From assembly GCA_964464605.1 (NCBI GenBank), contig CAYXJN010000006.1, positions 62,001 to 126,000 on the forward strand: DNA of 64,000 nt, read 5' to 3'. Shown piece after piece: positions 47,698 to 57,468 of the stretch; positions within the stretch are counted from its first letter, which is position 1; the number at the start of each line of letters is the position of its first letter. This DNA is from an uncultured Ignavibacteriales bacterium (GTDB lineage: Bacteria > Zixibacteria > MSB-5A5 > GN15 > FEB-12). Under the pieces are notes generated by a model. It made no database searches. It saw only the letters and a list, made by a program, of their open reading frames with translations, and was not told the origin of the DNA. A program made the translations under genes and the position numbers.

Positions 47698-48529
47698 ATC
47701 AAAAAAGCGACCGCTTGTTGTATTGACCGTCGGCCTCGTTGTTTTGGTCGCTGGATTTATCCTTTTGTCATTTCCGCCGGCACTTTTGTTTTCCTCCTCC
47801 AATCAGGTTTCTGCCGGTTCACTCGTTACTGACATAGAAAAGCGGGAAGTCGACAATGTTGCTTTCGGCGTTGGTGAGAAGCTGACCTTCGAAATCGGCT
47901 ATGGCTTTATCAGTGCCGGAACGGCAACGATGGAAGTGGAAGAGATTATCGACTACGAAGGTCGTCCGGCATATCGGTTGGTGAGCAAAGCATTTTCGAA
48001 TAGTTTCTTTAACAGCTTTTACCGAGTGGAAGACCGGGTCGAGTCGATCTGCGATGCGGTCGGCCTGTTCAGCTGGCGGTTTCAGAAAAAGCTGCAGGAA
48101 GGGAACTACAAAGCGGATGTTTCCTACACATTCGATCAAAAGCAAAACTTCGTGTATTACAAAAAAGATACGATAGCGATTCCGCCGTTCACGCAGGATG
48201 CGCTTTCAGTGATGTATTACGTGCGTACGCAAAATCTGGAAGTTGGGAAATCATTGTATATCGACAATTTCACCGACGGCAAATTGTACCCGCTTGAAGT
48301 TCGCGTACTGCGCAAAGAGCAGATAACGGTTTCGGCCGGAACGTTCAATTGTCTGGTCGTTGAGCCGCTGTTGCAGGGCGTCGGAGTATTCAAGCATGAG
48401 GGGAAGCTGACCGTCTGGTTAACGGATGACCGGCTCAAAATGCCGGTGCTCATGAAGTCCAAAGTCTTAGTTGGCGCTATTTCCGCAGAGTTGACTGATT
48501 ACAAGTTCGGAGATATTGACGCATTCTGA
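47675..48529 (+). CDS. DUF3108-like exported protein
   Basis: N-terminal TM; GEKLTF..AGTATM, DALS..YYVR, VSAGTFNC, WLTDD..MPV. Confidence 0.7.
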   Translation: MPNQLRAKSKKRPLVVLTVGLVVLVAGFILLSFPPALLFSSSNQVSAGSLVTDIEKREVDNVAFGVGEKLTFEIGYGFISAGTATMEVEEIIDYEGRPAYRLVSKAFSNSFFNSFYRVEDRVESICDAVGLFSWRFQKKLQEGNYKADVSYTFDQKQNFVYYKKDTIAIPPFTQDALSVMYYVRTQNLEVGKSLYIDNFTDGKLYPLEVRVLRKEQITVSAGTFNCLVVEPLLQGVGVFKHEGKLTVWLTDDRLKMPVLMKSKVLVGAISAELTDYKFGDIDAF

Positions 48530-48615
48530 GCTTGTGTAGATCTGATTTGTCTTTGATTTTTAGTGAGAGAAAATCGGGCGCCATGCGCCATAGCAAAAGA
48601 AAGCAATCCTGAGTT

Positions 48616-50148
48616 ATGCCCAGACTTGTTGAATGTGTACCTAATTTTTCAGAAGGACGCCGTCCCGAAGTGCTCAATGCGATTTGCGCCGCTATTACCT
48701 CGGTCAAAGGAGTCGTCCTGCTCGATACGGAGATGGACCCTGACCATAACCGCGCAGTCGTTACGTTTGTTTGCCACCCTGATCTGGCTGTCGAAGCCGC
48801 TTTTCTCGGTTATCAAAAAGCAGCGGAATTGATCGATATGCGTACGCATTCCGGAGCGCATCCGCGTATGGGGGCCTGCGATGTTTGTCCGTTCATTCCG
48901 CTTTCGGATATGACGATGGAAGATGCTGTCGAGCTCGCCAACAAACTCGGCAAACGGGTAGGGGAAGAATTGCAGATTCCTGTTTATCTCTATGAAGAAG
49001 CAGCATCCAGCGCCAAACGCAAAAACTTAGCCAATGTGCGAAGCGGGGAATATGAAGGGATTCGTGACAGCATTGCAACTGACCCTGCGCGCAAACCGGA
49101 TTATGGTCCATCGGCGATGAACCTCAAAGCAGGTTCAACGGCAATCGGCGCACGGTTTCCGTTAGTTGCATTCAATGTCTATCTCGATACCAACAAAAAA
49201 TGGATTGCCGATAAAATAGCAGACGCCGTCCGTCATCTGCGCGGCGGATATCGGTATGTCAAAGCGCTCGGCTTTGAAATCAAAGAGCGGGATCAAGTAC
49301 AAATCTCCATGAATCTGGTGAACTACACCGGTACGCCGATTTTCCGGGTGTTCGAAACGATTAAAGCGGAAGCGGCGCGCTATGGGGTCAATGTAACCTC
49401 ATCGGAAATTATCGGCCTTGTCCCGAACGATGCGCTTTTGGCGAGTTCGGATTATTATTTGCGCCTTGAAAATTTCTCTAAAGCGCAGGTATTGGAAGAA
49501 AAACTCCGCACGGCATTTGAAGGGGATAGCGGAGGGGAATCATTTTATGATCAAGTCGCCTCGTCATCTCCTGCTCCCGGCGGCGGTTCGGTAGCGGCGT
49601 CAGCCGGTGCGTTAGCGGCGGCGTTGACGGCGATGGTTTGCCGGTTAACCGTCGGAAAAAAACAGTATGTGGAAGTGAAGGATGAATTGTCTGATGTCCG
49701 CGATAAAGCGGATGAACTTCGCCACACCCTTACCAAACTCATCGACACTGATACTGAAGCATTCAATAAAGTAATGGTCGCATTCAAAATGCCGAAGAGC
49801 ACCGACGAGGAAATTAAACTTCGTACCGATGCGATTCAGGCTGCCACGAAAGAAGCTGCTGTTGTGCCGCTTTCAGTGATGAAAGCATCACGAGATGTAT
49901 TAAAACTGGCCGTTGTAGTAGCTGAAAAAGGGAATGTAAATTCGGTCAGCGATGCCGGTGTTGCCGGATTGATGGGACAGGCTGGTTTGGAGGGCGCGGC
50001 ATATAATGTTAAAATCAATTGCGGCAGTTTGGAAGATCGGGCCTTTGTCGGAACACTCCTTGAAGAGGTAAAACAGCTTCAAGAGGAAAGCGGGCGTTTG
50101 GCCGCGCAAATTCGCATCACAGTCGAAAGCAAACTGGCGCAGTCGTAA
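48616..50148 (+). CDS. ftcD: Bifunctional glutamate formimidoyltransferase / formiminotetrahydrofolate cyclodeaminase
   Basis: ECVPNFSEGR, DHNRAVVT, HPRMGACDVCPF, QISMNL; C-terminal cyclodeaminase APGGGS, SDAGVA, NVKIN. Confidence 0.92.
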   Translation: MPRLVECVPNFSEGRRPEVLNAICAAITSVKGVVLLDTEMDPDHNRAVVTFVCHPDLAVEAAFLGYQKAAELIDMRTHSGAHPRMGACDVCPFIPLSDMTMEDAVELANKLGKRVGEELQIPVYLYEEAASSAKRKNLANVRSGEYEGIRDSIATDPARKPDYGPSAMNLKAGSTAIGARFPLVAFNVYLDTNKKWIADKIADAVRHLRGGYRYVKALGFEIKERDQVQISMNLVNYTGTPIFRVFETIKAEAARYGVNVTSSEIIGLVPNDALLASSDYYLRLENFSKAQVLEEKLRTAFEGDSGGESFYDQVASSSPAPGGGSVAASAGALAAALTAMVCRLTVGKKQYVEVKDELSDVRDKADELRHTLTKLIDTDTEAFNKVMVAFKMPKSTDEEIKLRTDAIQAATKEAAVVPLSVMKASRDVLKLAVVVAEKGNVNSVSDAGVAGLMGQAGLEGAAYNVKINCGSLEDRAFVGTLLEEVKQLQEESGRLAAQIRITVESKLAQS

Positions 50149-50152
50149 TTAT

Positions 50153-50989
50153 ATGGGATCCTATGTCGATTTGCATATGCACACGACTCATTCTGACGGC
50201 GCCGCTACCCCCGAACAGCTGCTTGAACTGGTTAAACAGAAAAATATCTCCACGTTTGCTGTTACCGACCATGACACCGTTTCTGCGTATGCAGAACTGA
50301 AACCAATATTAGGTAAATCGGATCCTGAACTCTTGTCCGGTGTAGAACTGTCAACCTCGACCGGCGGCCGGGATATTCATTTACTGGCCTACCTGTTCGA
50401 TGTACAAAACGATCATTTGCTTTCCGAGTTACATAATTTTCAAACCGCCCGTATCGATCGGGGGAAGAAGATAGTCGAAAAACTGAACAAACTCGGCGTA
50501 CCGATTGTCTATGAAGAGGTAACTGCGATCGCGGGAAAAGGGGTAATCGGAAGGCCGCATATTGCTGAAGCGCTGGTGCGGCGAAAAGCGGTAAAGAGTT
50601 ATGACGAAGCCTTTTTTCGCTATATAGGAAGTCAGGCGGAGGCATTCGTTCCCAAAAAGCTGTTTCATCCGGTAAACGCCATTAAAATGGTTCATGAAGC
50701 CGGTGGCATAGTGTCGATGGCACACCCCGGGCTTGAAGAGGCGTATTCATTTCTTGATGAATTAGTCGCAGCCGGTTTAGATGGAATAGAAGTCTTTCAT
50801 CCGACTTTATCAGCCGGCGACAGTCAGAAATATCAGCATTTAGCGAAACGACATAACTTGATTATGACCGGTGGTTCTGATTATCATGGGAGAAACGACC
50901 ACCATGGTCCGGTCGGATCACAGCCGGTGCCCGAGTCCTTTATACCGGCAATGAAAGAACGTGCGCAAAAAATACGAGGCAAAGCATGA
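50153..50989 (+). CDS. PHP-domain phosphoesterase (TrpH/YciV-like)
   Basis: DLHMHTTHSDG, TDHDT, GRPHIA, AHP, GGSDYHG. Confidence 0.9.
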   Translation: MGSYVDLHMHTTHSDGAATPEQLLELVKQKNISTFAVTDHDTVSAYAELKPILGKSDPELLSGVELSTSTGGRDIHLLAYLFDVQNDHLLSELHNFQTARIDRGKKIVEKLNKLGVPIVYEEVTAIAGKGVIGRPHIAEALVRRKAVKSYDEAFFRYIGSQAEAFVPKKLFHPVNAIKMVHEAGGIVSMAHPGLEEAYSFLDELVAAGLDGIEVFHPTLSAGDSQKYQHLAKRHNLIMTGGSDYHGRNDHHGPVGSQPVPESFIPAMKERAQKIRGKA

Positions 50990-53052
50990 AACGGCAGTTT
51001 CGATCTCTTCTCATTTTCTTCACGCTTGCAGTATTCCCATTTTCTTTGTGTGTAGCTGACACACTTTCCCGCGACGAACAAAAGCAGATCATCGAATCAT
51101 ACTTATACGCGACCGGTCGGTTAAAAGAACGCCCTGCCGGTATGGCGCAGACCGAAACAATAAACGGAGAACACGTTCCGGACAAATGCGGAATGTCGGC
51201 CGCCGCAGATTTCGTGTTGAACCGGGCGAAATTCGATGCCGATTTGATCGCGTCGTACGGTTTAGCTACTCTTGCCGATCGTCCCACCGGTCTGCCGTCG
51301 GTGTTGGCATCAACATCCGGTCGATTCAAAGTCCATTACACGACAACCGGACCGGATGCGGTGTATCAAGCGGGTGTCGATAATGCTCCGGCTAACGGCG
51401 TACCTGATTATGTCGATGTTGTCGCTCGAATTTTAGATTCCGTGTATAATCATACTATTATAACGCTTGGCTATCCTGCTCCGCCGAGCGACGGCTTTTA
51501 CGCTGCCGGTGTCGACAGCGCGTTCGATGTTTACCTGCATGATTTGGGCGGCAGTTATTACGGGCTTTCCTATATAGATTCATTGTCAATCGACGGGCCC
51601 GGAACGTTGCGTGCGACGTCATTCATGGAGCTCGACAATGATTACGCGGATATTCCGCAATATTCGAACCGCCCGCTTGATGCCGTGCGGGTAACCGCCG
51701 CGCATGAGTATTTCCATAGCGTGCAATTCGGCATTGATTTTACGGAAGCGGAAGCATACGCCAGCTCGCAGCCAAGACGGTACTGGATGGAAATGTCGGC
51801 TGTCTGGATGGAGGAAGAACAATACGACAATATCAATGACTATTATTTATACATTCCGTACTTCTTCAATCGGCCGGGTCGATCGATTCAGCAGTTTTCA
51901 TCCTTTGTAGATTTGCATCCGTATGCCTCGGCGGTCTTTCCGATTTTTCTAACTGAGTTGTTCGGAGACAATGTTGTCAAATCGATTTGGCTTCGCTGCG
52001 GCACATTGGGCGTCGGACCAAGTTTTCTGGATGCTTCCGAAGCTGTTTTCGATTCGATCCTTACGCTTCCTGATGGAGATAAAACATGGCCGCTGGTATT
52101 CCGTCAGTTCACCTTCTGGAACTATTTCACCGGCTCACGGGCAACACTGTCGCCAAACAATATCGGCTATTCAGAACGGGCAGCCTATCCGGAGATACCG
52201 CGTGATTCTATGATTACTATAACTGATTCGCTTTTCCTTTTAGGAAATCAGAACAGATGGAATCCGGATCATAACGGCGCTACTTATATTGTCTGGGAAA
52301 ATCCAAAATGTCTTTTGACCGATACCGTTACGCTGTACGGCCGTTGTTCGCCGTCGGCCGACAGCTGTTTCGATACTACCTTCGTGCGGCAAGTTGATCC
52401 GCATGATTTCACGTTTACTGACACGTTTGTAACGCTGCAACTCGGTTTGGACCCGACGTATGAAGATCTATGGGGATTGCTTTCGATTTTTGAACTGGAA
52501 GGTTTCACTGACAGCTTTGAAGTTGCCGTGAATGTTATTGCCGGAGACCAGGTGCAGTATCTGTTCATTCCGCATCAGGAACAGTATACCTCTATCGTGT
52601 TTATTGTCACACCTGCCTCTATTGAAGAGGGATATTATGCCGCCGGTGCGCCGATTCGACTCGGTGTTATTGCCGACGAGGCGATTGATACGATTGTCTG
52701 TGCGCTGCCAGTACCGCCGAACATTCCGCTCGCAGAGTTGATTTCATATCCGAACCCGGCGGTTGTTCCGGAAATGGAAGGGCAAAGCATCGGCTTTGCG
52801 GTCAAGCATGCCATAGATGGAACACACTTATTTGAAGTCGATATTTTCTCGGAAGCCGGCGAGTATCTGCAAACCGTATCCGAACAAGTCAGTGCGGTGG
52901 ATAATACCTTCGCTATGACCTGGGATATGAAGAGCGCGAAGGGGTCGAATGTTTCTTCCGGCGTTTATTTACTCTATGGCCGACTCTATGGCGGTACCGA
53001 CCGGGGATCTGTAATTTTTGAAGATCGTTCCAAGCTTTTGATCGTTCGTTAG
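50986..53052 (+). CDS. Secreted zinc metalloprotease (MXAN_6640-like) with a C-terminal YPNP / FlgD-Ig-like domain
   Basis: Signal peptide; FKVHY, VTAAHEYFHSVQFG (HEXXH), WMEMSAVWMEE; C-terminal SYPNP..IFSEAGE..WDMK..VSSGVY. Confidence 0.72.
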   Translation: MKRQFRSLLIFFTLAVFPFSLCVADTLSRDEQKQIIESYLYATGRLKERPAGMAQTETINGEHVPDKCGMSAAADFVLNRAKFDADLIASYGLATLADRPTGLPSVLASTSGRFKVHYTTTGPDAVYQAGVDNAPANGVPDYVDVVARILDSVYNHTIITLGYPAPPSDGFYAAGVDSAFDVYLHDLGGSYYGLSYIDSLSIDGPGTLRATSFMELDNDYADIPQYSNRPLDAVRVTAAHEYFHSVQFGIDFTEAEAYASSQPRRYWMEMSAVWMEEEQYDNINDYYLYIPYFFNRPGRSIQQFSSFVDLHPYASAVFPIFLTELFGDNVVKSIWLRCGTLGVGPSFLDASEAVFDSILTLPDGDKTWPLVFRQFTFWNYFTGSRATLSPNNIGYSERAAYPEIPRDSMITITDSLFLLGNQNRWNPDHNGATYIVWENPKCLLTDTVTLYGRCSPSADSCFDTTFVRQVDPHDFTFTDTFVTLQLGLDPTYEDLWGLLSIFELEGFTDSFEVAVNVIAGDQVQYLFIPHQEQYTSIVFIVTPASIEEGYYAAGAPIRLGVIADEAIDTIVCALPVPPNIPLAELISYPNPAVVPEMEGQSIGFAVKHAIDGTHLFEVDIFSEAGEYLQTVSEQVSAVDNTFAMTWDMKSAKGSNVSSGVYLLYGRLYGGTDRGSVIFEDRSKLLIVR

Positions 53053-53058
53053 TCTCAC

Positions 53059-53601
53059 ATGGCGATTCGTCCGACCCTTGACCGCGTGCGGTTATTGACG
53101 AGAATCGCTTTATTTGCCGCTCTTTGTTATGTCACTTCACTGGCAACATTGGCGCTTCCCAATGTCAAATTGCTTTTCTTTGTCGTGTTCGCCGCCGGTT
53201 TTTTGTGGGGAATCGTTCCCGGCATGCTGGTTGGTATCATCGGCGTCGGACTCTGGACCTTTTTCAATCCGTTCGGTCCGGCCGGATTGCCGATATCGCT
53301 GGCGCAAATGGGCGGCGGGGCGCTGTGCGGATTAGTCGGTGCGCTGTTTTTTTATCTGCCCTGGGAAAAAATGTCGCGATTGGTCTTGAGTCTGCTACTT
53401 ATTGCTGCATCGCTGACGGTGACGTTACTGTTCTTTGTGCCGGTGAATTTGCTTGATGCCTGGCTGTTCGGGCCGTTTTGGCCACGGTTTTGGATGAGTA
53501 TGTCATGGTCACTTTTTTCTATCGGCGCCAATGCGCTCATTTTCCCGTTGCTCTTTCCCGCCGTAAAACTGTTATATGAACGTGAATGTTCACACGGTTA
53601 A
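53059..53601 (+). CDS. ECF transporter S-component-like membrane protein
   Basis: 180 aa, about 6 TMs, N-terminal IALFAAL (AxxxA), LPNVK. Confidence 0.65.
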   Translation: MAIRPTLDRVRLLTRIALFAALCYVTSLATLALPNVKLLFFVVFAAGFLWGIVPGMLVGIIGVGLWTFFNPFGPAGLPISLAQMGGGALCGLVGALFFYLPWEKMSRLVLSLLLIAASLTVTLLFFVPVNLLDAWLFGPFWPRFWMSMSWSLFSIGANALIFPLLFPAVKLLYERECSHG

Positions 53602-55526
53602 CCACACTCGGTAGTTTCATCGCTTGTGTCCTGTTTGTCCTGCCGGTCAGGGCGGATGAGACACTCGTTGATTCCTTGATGCGCGCTCATGATTCAGTCA
53701 TGGCGGCATCGAAATCCGTTATCGAAACCAAACCGCGTGCACCGCAGTTTTCTTTTTTTGATTCACTGGCCAATCGTTTTTTGTCATCGCGTTTGAACCT
53801 GCGTGATAATGCGACCGCCGGAATACAGAAAAATCCCGGCGACTATCTGCGTACTGACCCCGCGCAAATTGTATTTACCACGAATCTGACTCCGGTTCGC
53901 ACGACGGTTTCCCCGTTCGGGCTTTCTGGCAATCGCATGAGTTCGGTAGTGAATGGTTTTGAAATCAATCCGTTCGAACATTTGGTACAGCCGGATGGGG
54001 CTATAGATATGAACGATGTTCCGCGTTTGGTGGATGACAATATCTATCTCTTGCCGGGACAGGCAGGACGGTTTTTCGGCGGAACGCACGGTGTTGCGAC
54101 GGTTTTGACGCTACCGGACATGTTAGCCGACAATCGCGCTCATACCGCCATGCTGGTTAACAGCGGTTCGTACGGCTATTCAAATATCAGAGGGAGATTT
54201 CATAAGCAGTTTACCGATGGGCGCAGCATTTTGTTGGGAATCGGGTATCGGGATGCAGACGGGGATTATCAAGATAATCAGGATGATTCGTATCACTATC
54301 TGGCATCGGTGAACTGGCCGGTGTCGCACAGTTGGTCATTCGCGGGGCGCGGTCAAATCTACAGCCGGGAAGGGGCATATCGAATCGCGCCGGAACTTAG
54401 CACTGAATATGTTAACAGAGATCGCTTTGATCGAAGCCTCCAAGCCGGGTTAAGTACGCAAAACGAAGCCGGTACGCGAAAAATGGAGTTTGGTTATACC
54501 CACCGCCGTCAGGGAGCATACCTGAGTAATTTTTACACAGCGAAATTCGATGAAATCGCGCATGGAGGATATGCCGCAGTGGAAGGGAACAATACATCGT
54601 GGTTGTATCGCATCGCTGCCAATGCTGAAGCGGAAACATGGAAAGATCAGGCGCAGTCGAAAGAGCAAATCACCGGGTCATTGTTAGCGTCAGTTTCAAC
54701 TACACGATCAGGTTTCAATTTCGGCTTACAGGCCGGAAGTGGATACGCCGAAGATTTCGAACTGCTGCCGACAGCAACGGCGATAGTGTCCAGTGAAACG
54801 GGTAAACTCTATTTGCTAGCCTCGGCCGGATATAGTCAGCGAGCGCCATCGCAGCATGAGCGATTTCTTCGTTACCGGAGCGTTCCGTTCACCTGGACCG
54901 GTGTCGACACCTACGCCGATTCCGGAAATGCTGATTTGCGTAAGGAAAAACAGACGATCGCATCATTGCTTGTCGATTACGGCTCGTTGACATCGGGAAT
55001 TCAGGTTAACCTCACCGGCGGTTCACTCTCTGACGCTATCGACTGGCAGAGATCAGTTGATACTGCAAATGCAGGCGCTGATACAGTTGCGCTCTTTTCA
55101 CCGATTAATCATGCTCTCACGTTCGCATCGGCATCAGTGAATCTTCGCCAGCAGCTATTCAAACTTATTACGCTTTCAGCCGGAGCGGCAAAATTTTGGT
55201 ATGACAGTGATTCATTACCGGAGCGGTTGTACCGTCCCGAATACAATCTGTTTACGGGAGGGGAATTGCATGTGCATTGGAAACAAACCGGCGTCGATCT
55301 GTTTGCGTATGGTGAATTTATCTATCGCGGCGCATACCAAGGATACACAGCCGAAGATTTAGGGGAGGCGGGGATTGTTAATACTAAAGTATCGCTCGGT
55401 ATACGCCGGTTTCGTTTATTCTTTGTGACGGAGAATCTTTTGTTGTCTGAATATACTGACCGTGAGTTTAGCGAGTATTTAGGGCGTGCTACTCACTGGG
55501 GTTTTACCTGGCAGTTTACGGATTAG
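53586..55526 (+). CDS. Outer-membrane beta-barrel, TonB-dependent receptor-like
   Basis: Signal peptide, plug-like N-terminal region, amphipathic beta-strands, C-terminal WGFTWQFTD. Overlaps the S-component gene. Confidence 0.55.
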   Translation: MFTRLTTLGSFIACVLFVLPVRADETLVDSLMRAHDSVMAASKSVIETKPRAPQFSFFDSLANRFLSSRLNLRDNATAGIQKNPGDYLRTDPAQIVFTTNLTPVRTTVSPFGLSGNRMSSVVNGFEINPFEHLVQPDGAIDMNDVPRLVDDNIYLLPGQAGRFFGGTHGVATVLTLPDMLADNRAHTAMLVNSGSYGYSNIRGRFHKQFTDGRSILLGIGYRDADGDYQDNQDDSYHYLASVNWPVSHSWSFAGRGQIYSREGAYRIAPELSTEYVNRDRFDRSLQAGLSTQNEAGTRKMEFGYTHRRQGAYLSNFYTAKFDEIAHGGYAAVEGNNTSWLYRIAANAEAETWKDQAQSKEQITGSLLASVSTTRSGFNFGLQAGSGYAEDFELLPTATAIVSSETGKLYLLASAGYSQRAPSQHERFLRYRSVPFTWTGVDTYADSGNADLRKEKQTIASLLVDYGSLTSGIQVNLTGGSLSDAIDWQRSVDTANAGADTVALFSPINHALTFASASVNLRQQLFKLITLSAGAAKFWYDSDSLPERLYRPEYNLFTGGELHVHWKQTGVDLFAYGEFIYRGAYQGYTAEDLGEAGIVNTKVSLGIRRFRLFFVTENLLLSEYTDREFSEYLGRATHWGFTWQFTD

Positions 55527-55586
55527 TATTTCGTTCGATTGCATGGTCCAGCTTGACCTGAATACACGCAGACTGTTTATTCCTTC

Positions 55587-56147
55587 ATGCCAACGCTGTT
55601 GCTTGATCGCCCCGCTGCATATGACTTAGTCGTATCAAAGATCGGCGTTAACAATCTGCTAAAACATATTCTTGCCGTCGAAGCCGGTATGCGGCAGTTA
55701 GCCATTCATTTCAATGAAGATGTTGACTATTGGGGAATGACCGGCCTTTTGCATGATCTTGATTACAACGAAACGAAAGATGATGAACCGCGTCATACCT
55801 ATTTGACCCGCGAATGGTTAGAGCCGTATCATTTGCCGGAAGATATGCTACATGCGATTCATGCTCACCCCGGACATGTCCCTTGTGAAACGAAACTCGA
55901 TTGGGCGTTGTACTGCGTTGACCCGACAACCGGTTTTTTAACAGCCTGCGCGTTGATGCATCCGCAAAAAAGTTTAGCCGTTTTAGAAACTGAGTTTTTG
56001 CTGAAACGCTTCAAAGAAAAACGATTCGCTGCCGGTGCCACGCGAGAGAATATGGCAGCCTGCTCTAACCTCGGATTAGAACTCGATCAGTTTTTGCATC
56101 TGGTACGAACCGGTATGATGACGATTTCCGATCAACTGGGAATTTAG
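55587..56147 (+). CDS. HD/HDIG-domain hydrolase
   Basis: KHILAVEAGM, GLLHDLDY, HAIHAH, KRFKEKRFAAG. Confidence 0.85.
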   Translation: MPTLLLDRPAAYDLVVSKIGVNNLLKHILAVEAGMRQLAIHFNEDVDYWGMTGLLHDLDYNETKDDEPRHTYLTREWLEPYHLPEDMLHAIHAHPGHVPCETKLDWALYCVDPTTGFLTACALMHPQKSLAVLETEFLLKRFKEKRFAAGATRENMAACSNLGLELDQFLHLVRTGMMTISDQLGI

Positions 56148-56148
56148 C

Positions 56149-57468
56149 ATGAAAAAAGAAACCCTTTGGCGCAGAGATGTTATCGGCTGGTCGCTGTATG
56201 ACTTGGCCAACACGATATTCTCGATGAATATCCTGTCGCTCTATCTCAAGCGGTACATCGTCGAAGATTTAGGCAAAAAAGATTACTGGTACGATATTCC
56301 GTACTCACTTTCTATGTTAGCAGCAGCCATATTGCTGCCCGCACTGGGAGCGATGTCTGATCACGTGACCAAGAAAAAGCTTTTTCTCGGCCTGTTTACT
56401 ATCACCTGTTGTATCTGCACGGCAGGGATGGGTTTTTTCGATGCTGAACTGCTGATATTCTCCATTCTCTTATTTATGATCGCCAATTTTGCCTACGAAG
56501 CGGCGATGCCATTTTACAATACGTTGTTGTACTCCGTTACAGAAGGCGCCCATGCCCGTTTGGTTTCCGGATTCGGCGTTGGGATAGGGTATATCGGTTC
56601 TATCCTCGGTATTATGATGGTCGCGCCGTTCGTATCCGGCAGTCTGTTCGGATGGGATGTGCCGATGATCGACGGTTCCGGCAAGATAGGAGCATTTTTA
56701 CCGACCGCCGCGCTGTTTGCCTTCTTCGCGATTCCATTGTTTCTCTGGGTAAAAGAACGTCCGGTAGCGCATGCCAAGCCGGAAGGATTCAAAGCAGCAT
56801 ACAAAGAAGTATGGACCGGATTGCGGGAAACCAAAAAATATCCGGGCGTGCTTCGGTTTCTAATTTCCGATTATTTTTTCGAAGATGCTGCTGTGACAGT
56901 CATCATCAATATCGGTTTGTATTGTTCGCTCGTGCTGCGTATGCCGGATGAACAGATAACTTCGTTTTTGATTATCTCAACCGCATCGGCAGTTATCGGT
57001 TCATTTATCATTGGGAAAATAGCACAGAGGTGGTCACTCAAATATCTGATAACTGGTATTGTCAGCTGTTGGATACTTGCACTCATCGCATTCGTGTTTA
57101 CCGAAAGTATCGGTGTCGTTTGGCTGCTCGGTTCAGCGGTCGGCGTTTTGCTCGGCGGATTATGGACTACTACCCGTCCGATGCTTGCCGAATTAGTACC
57201 GCAGGAAAGTCTCGGACGGTTCTTCGGGCTTTTCTCCTTATCCGGCCGCTCTGCGGCGGTTGTCGGACCATTAGTTTGGACGGCAATTGTCTGGTTGTTT
57301 CATCGGGATCAGGCCTTGGGGCGTATAACGAGCGATGCATTCAACCTTACCACAGAGCAAGCTGATGCCCTTCCGTATAAAGTCGGGGTACTCTCGCTCG
57401 CGCTTATGATGTTCATCGGGCTCATTCTCTTTCAGGGCGTACCGCATACGAGGAAGAAGCCGGTATGA
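56149..57468 (+). CDS. MFS transporter (UMF1/Atg22-like)
   Basis: WSLYDLANT, about 12 TMs, RPMLAELVP..GRFFGLF. Confidence 0.88.
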   Translation: MKKETLWRRDVIGWSLYDLANTIFSMNILSLYLKRYIVEDLGKKDYWYDIPYSLSMLAAAILLPALGAMSDHVTKKKLFLGLFTITCCICTAGMGFFDAELLIFSILLFMIANFAYEAAMPFYNTLLYSVTEGAHARLVSGFGVGIGYIGSILGIMMVAPFVSGSLFGWDVPMIDGSGKIGAFLPTAALFAFFAIPLFLWVKERPVAHAKPEGFKAAYKEVWTGLRETKKYPGVLRFLISDYFFEDAAVTVIINIGLYCSLVLRMPDEQITSFLIISTASAVIGSFIIGKIAQRWSLKYLITGIVSCWILALIAFVFTESIGVVWLLGSAVGVLLGGLWTTTRPMLAELVPQESLGRFFGLFSLSGRSAAVVGPLVWTAIVWLFHRDQALGRITSDAFNLTTEQADALPYKVGVLSLALMMFIGLILFQGVPHTRKKPV

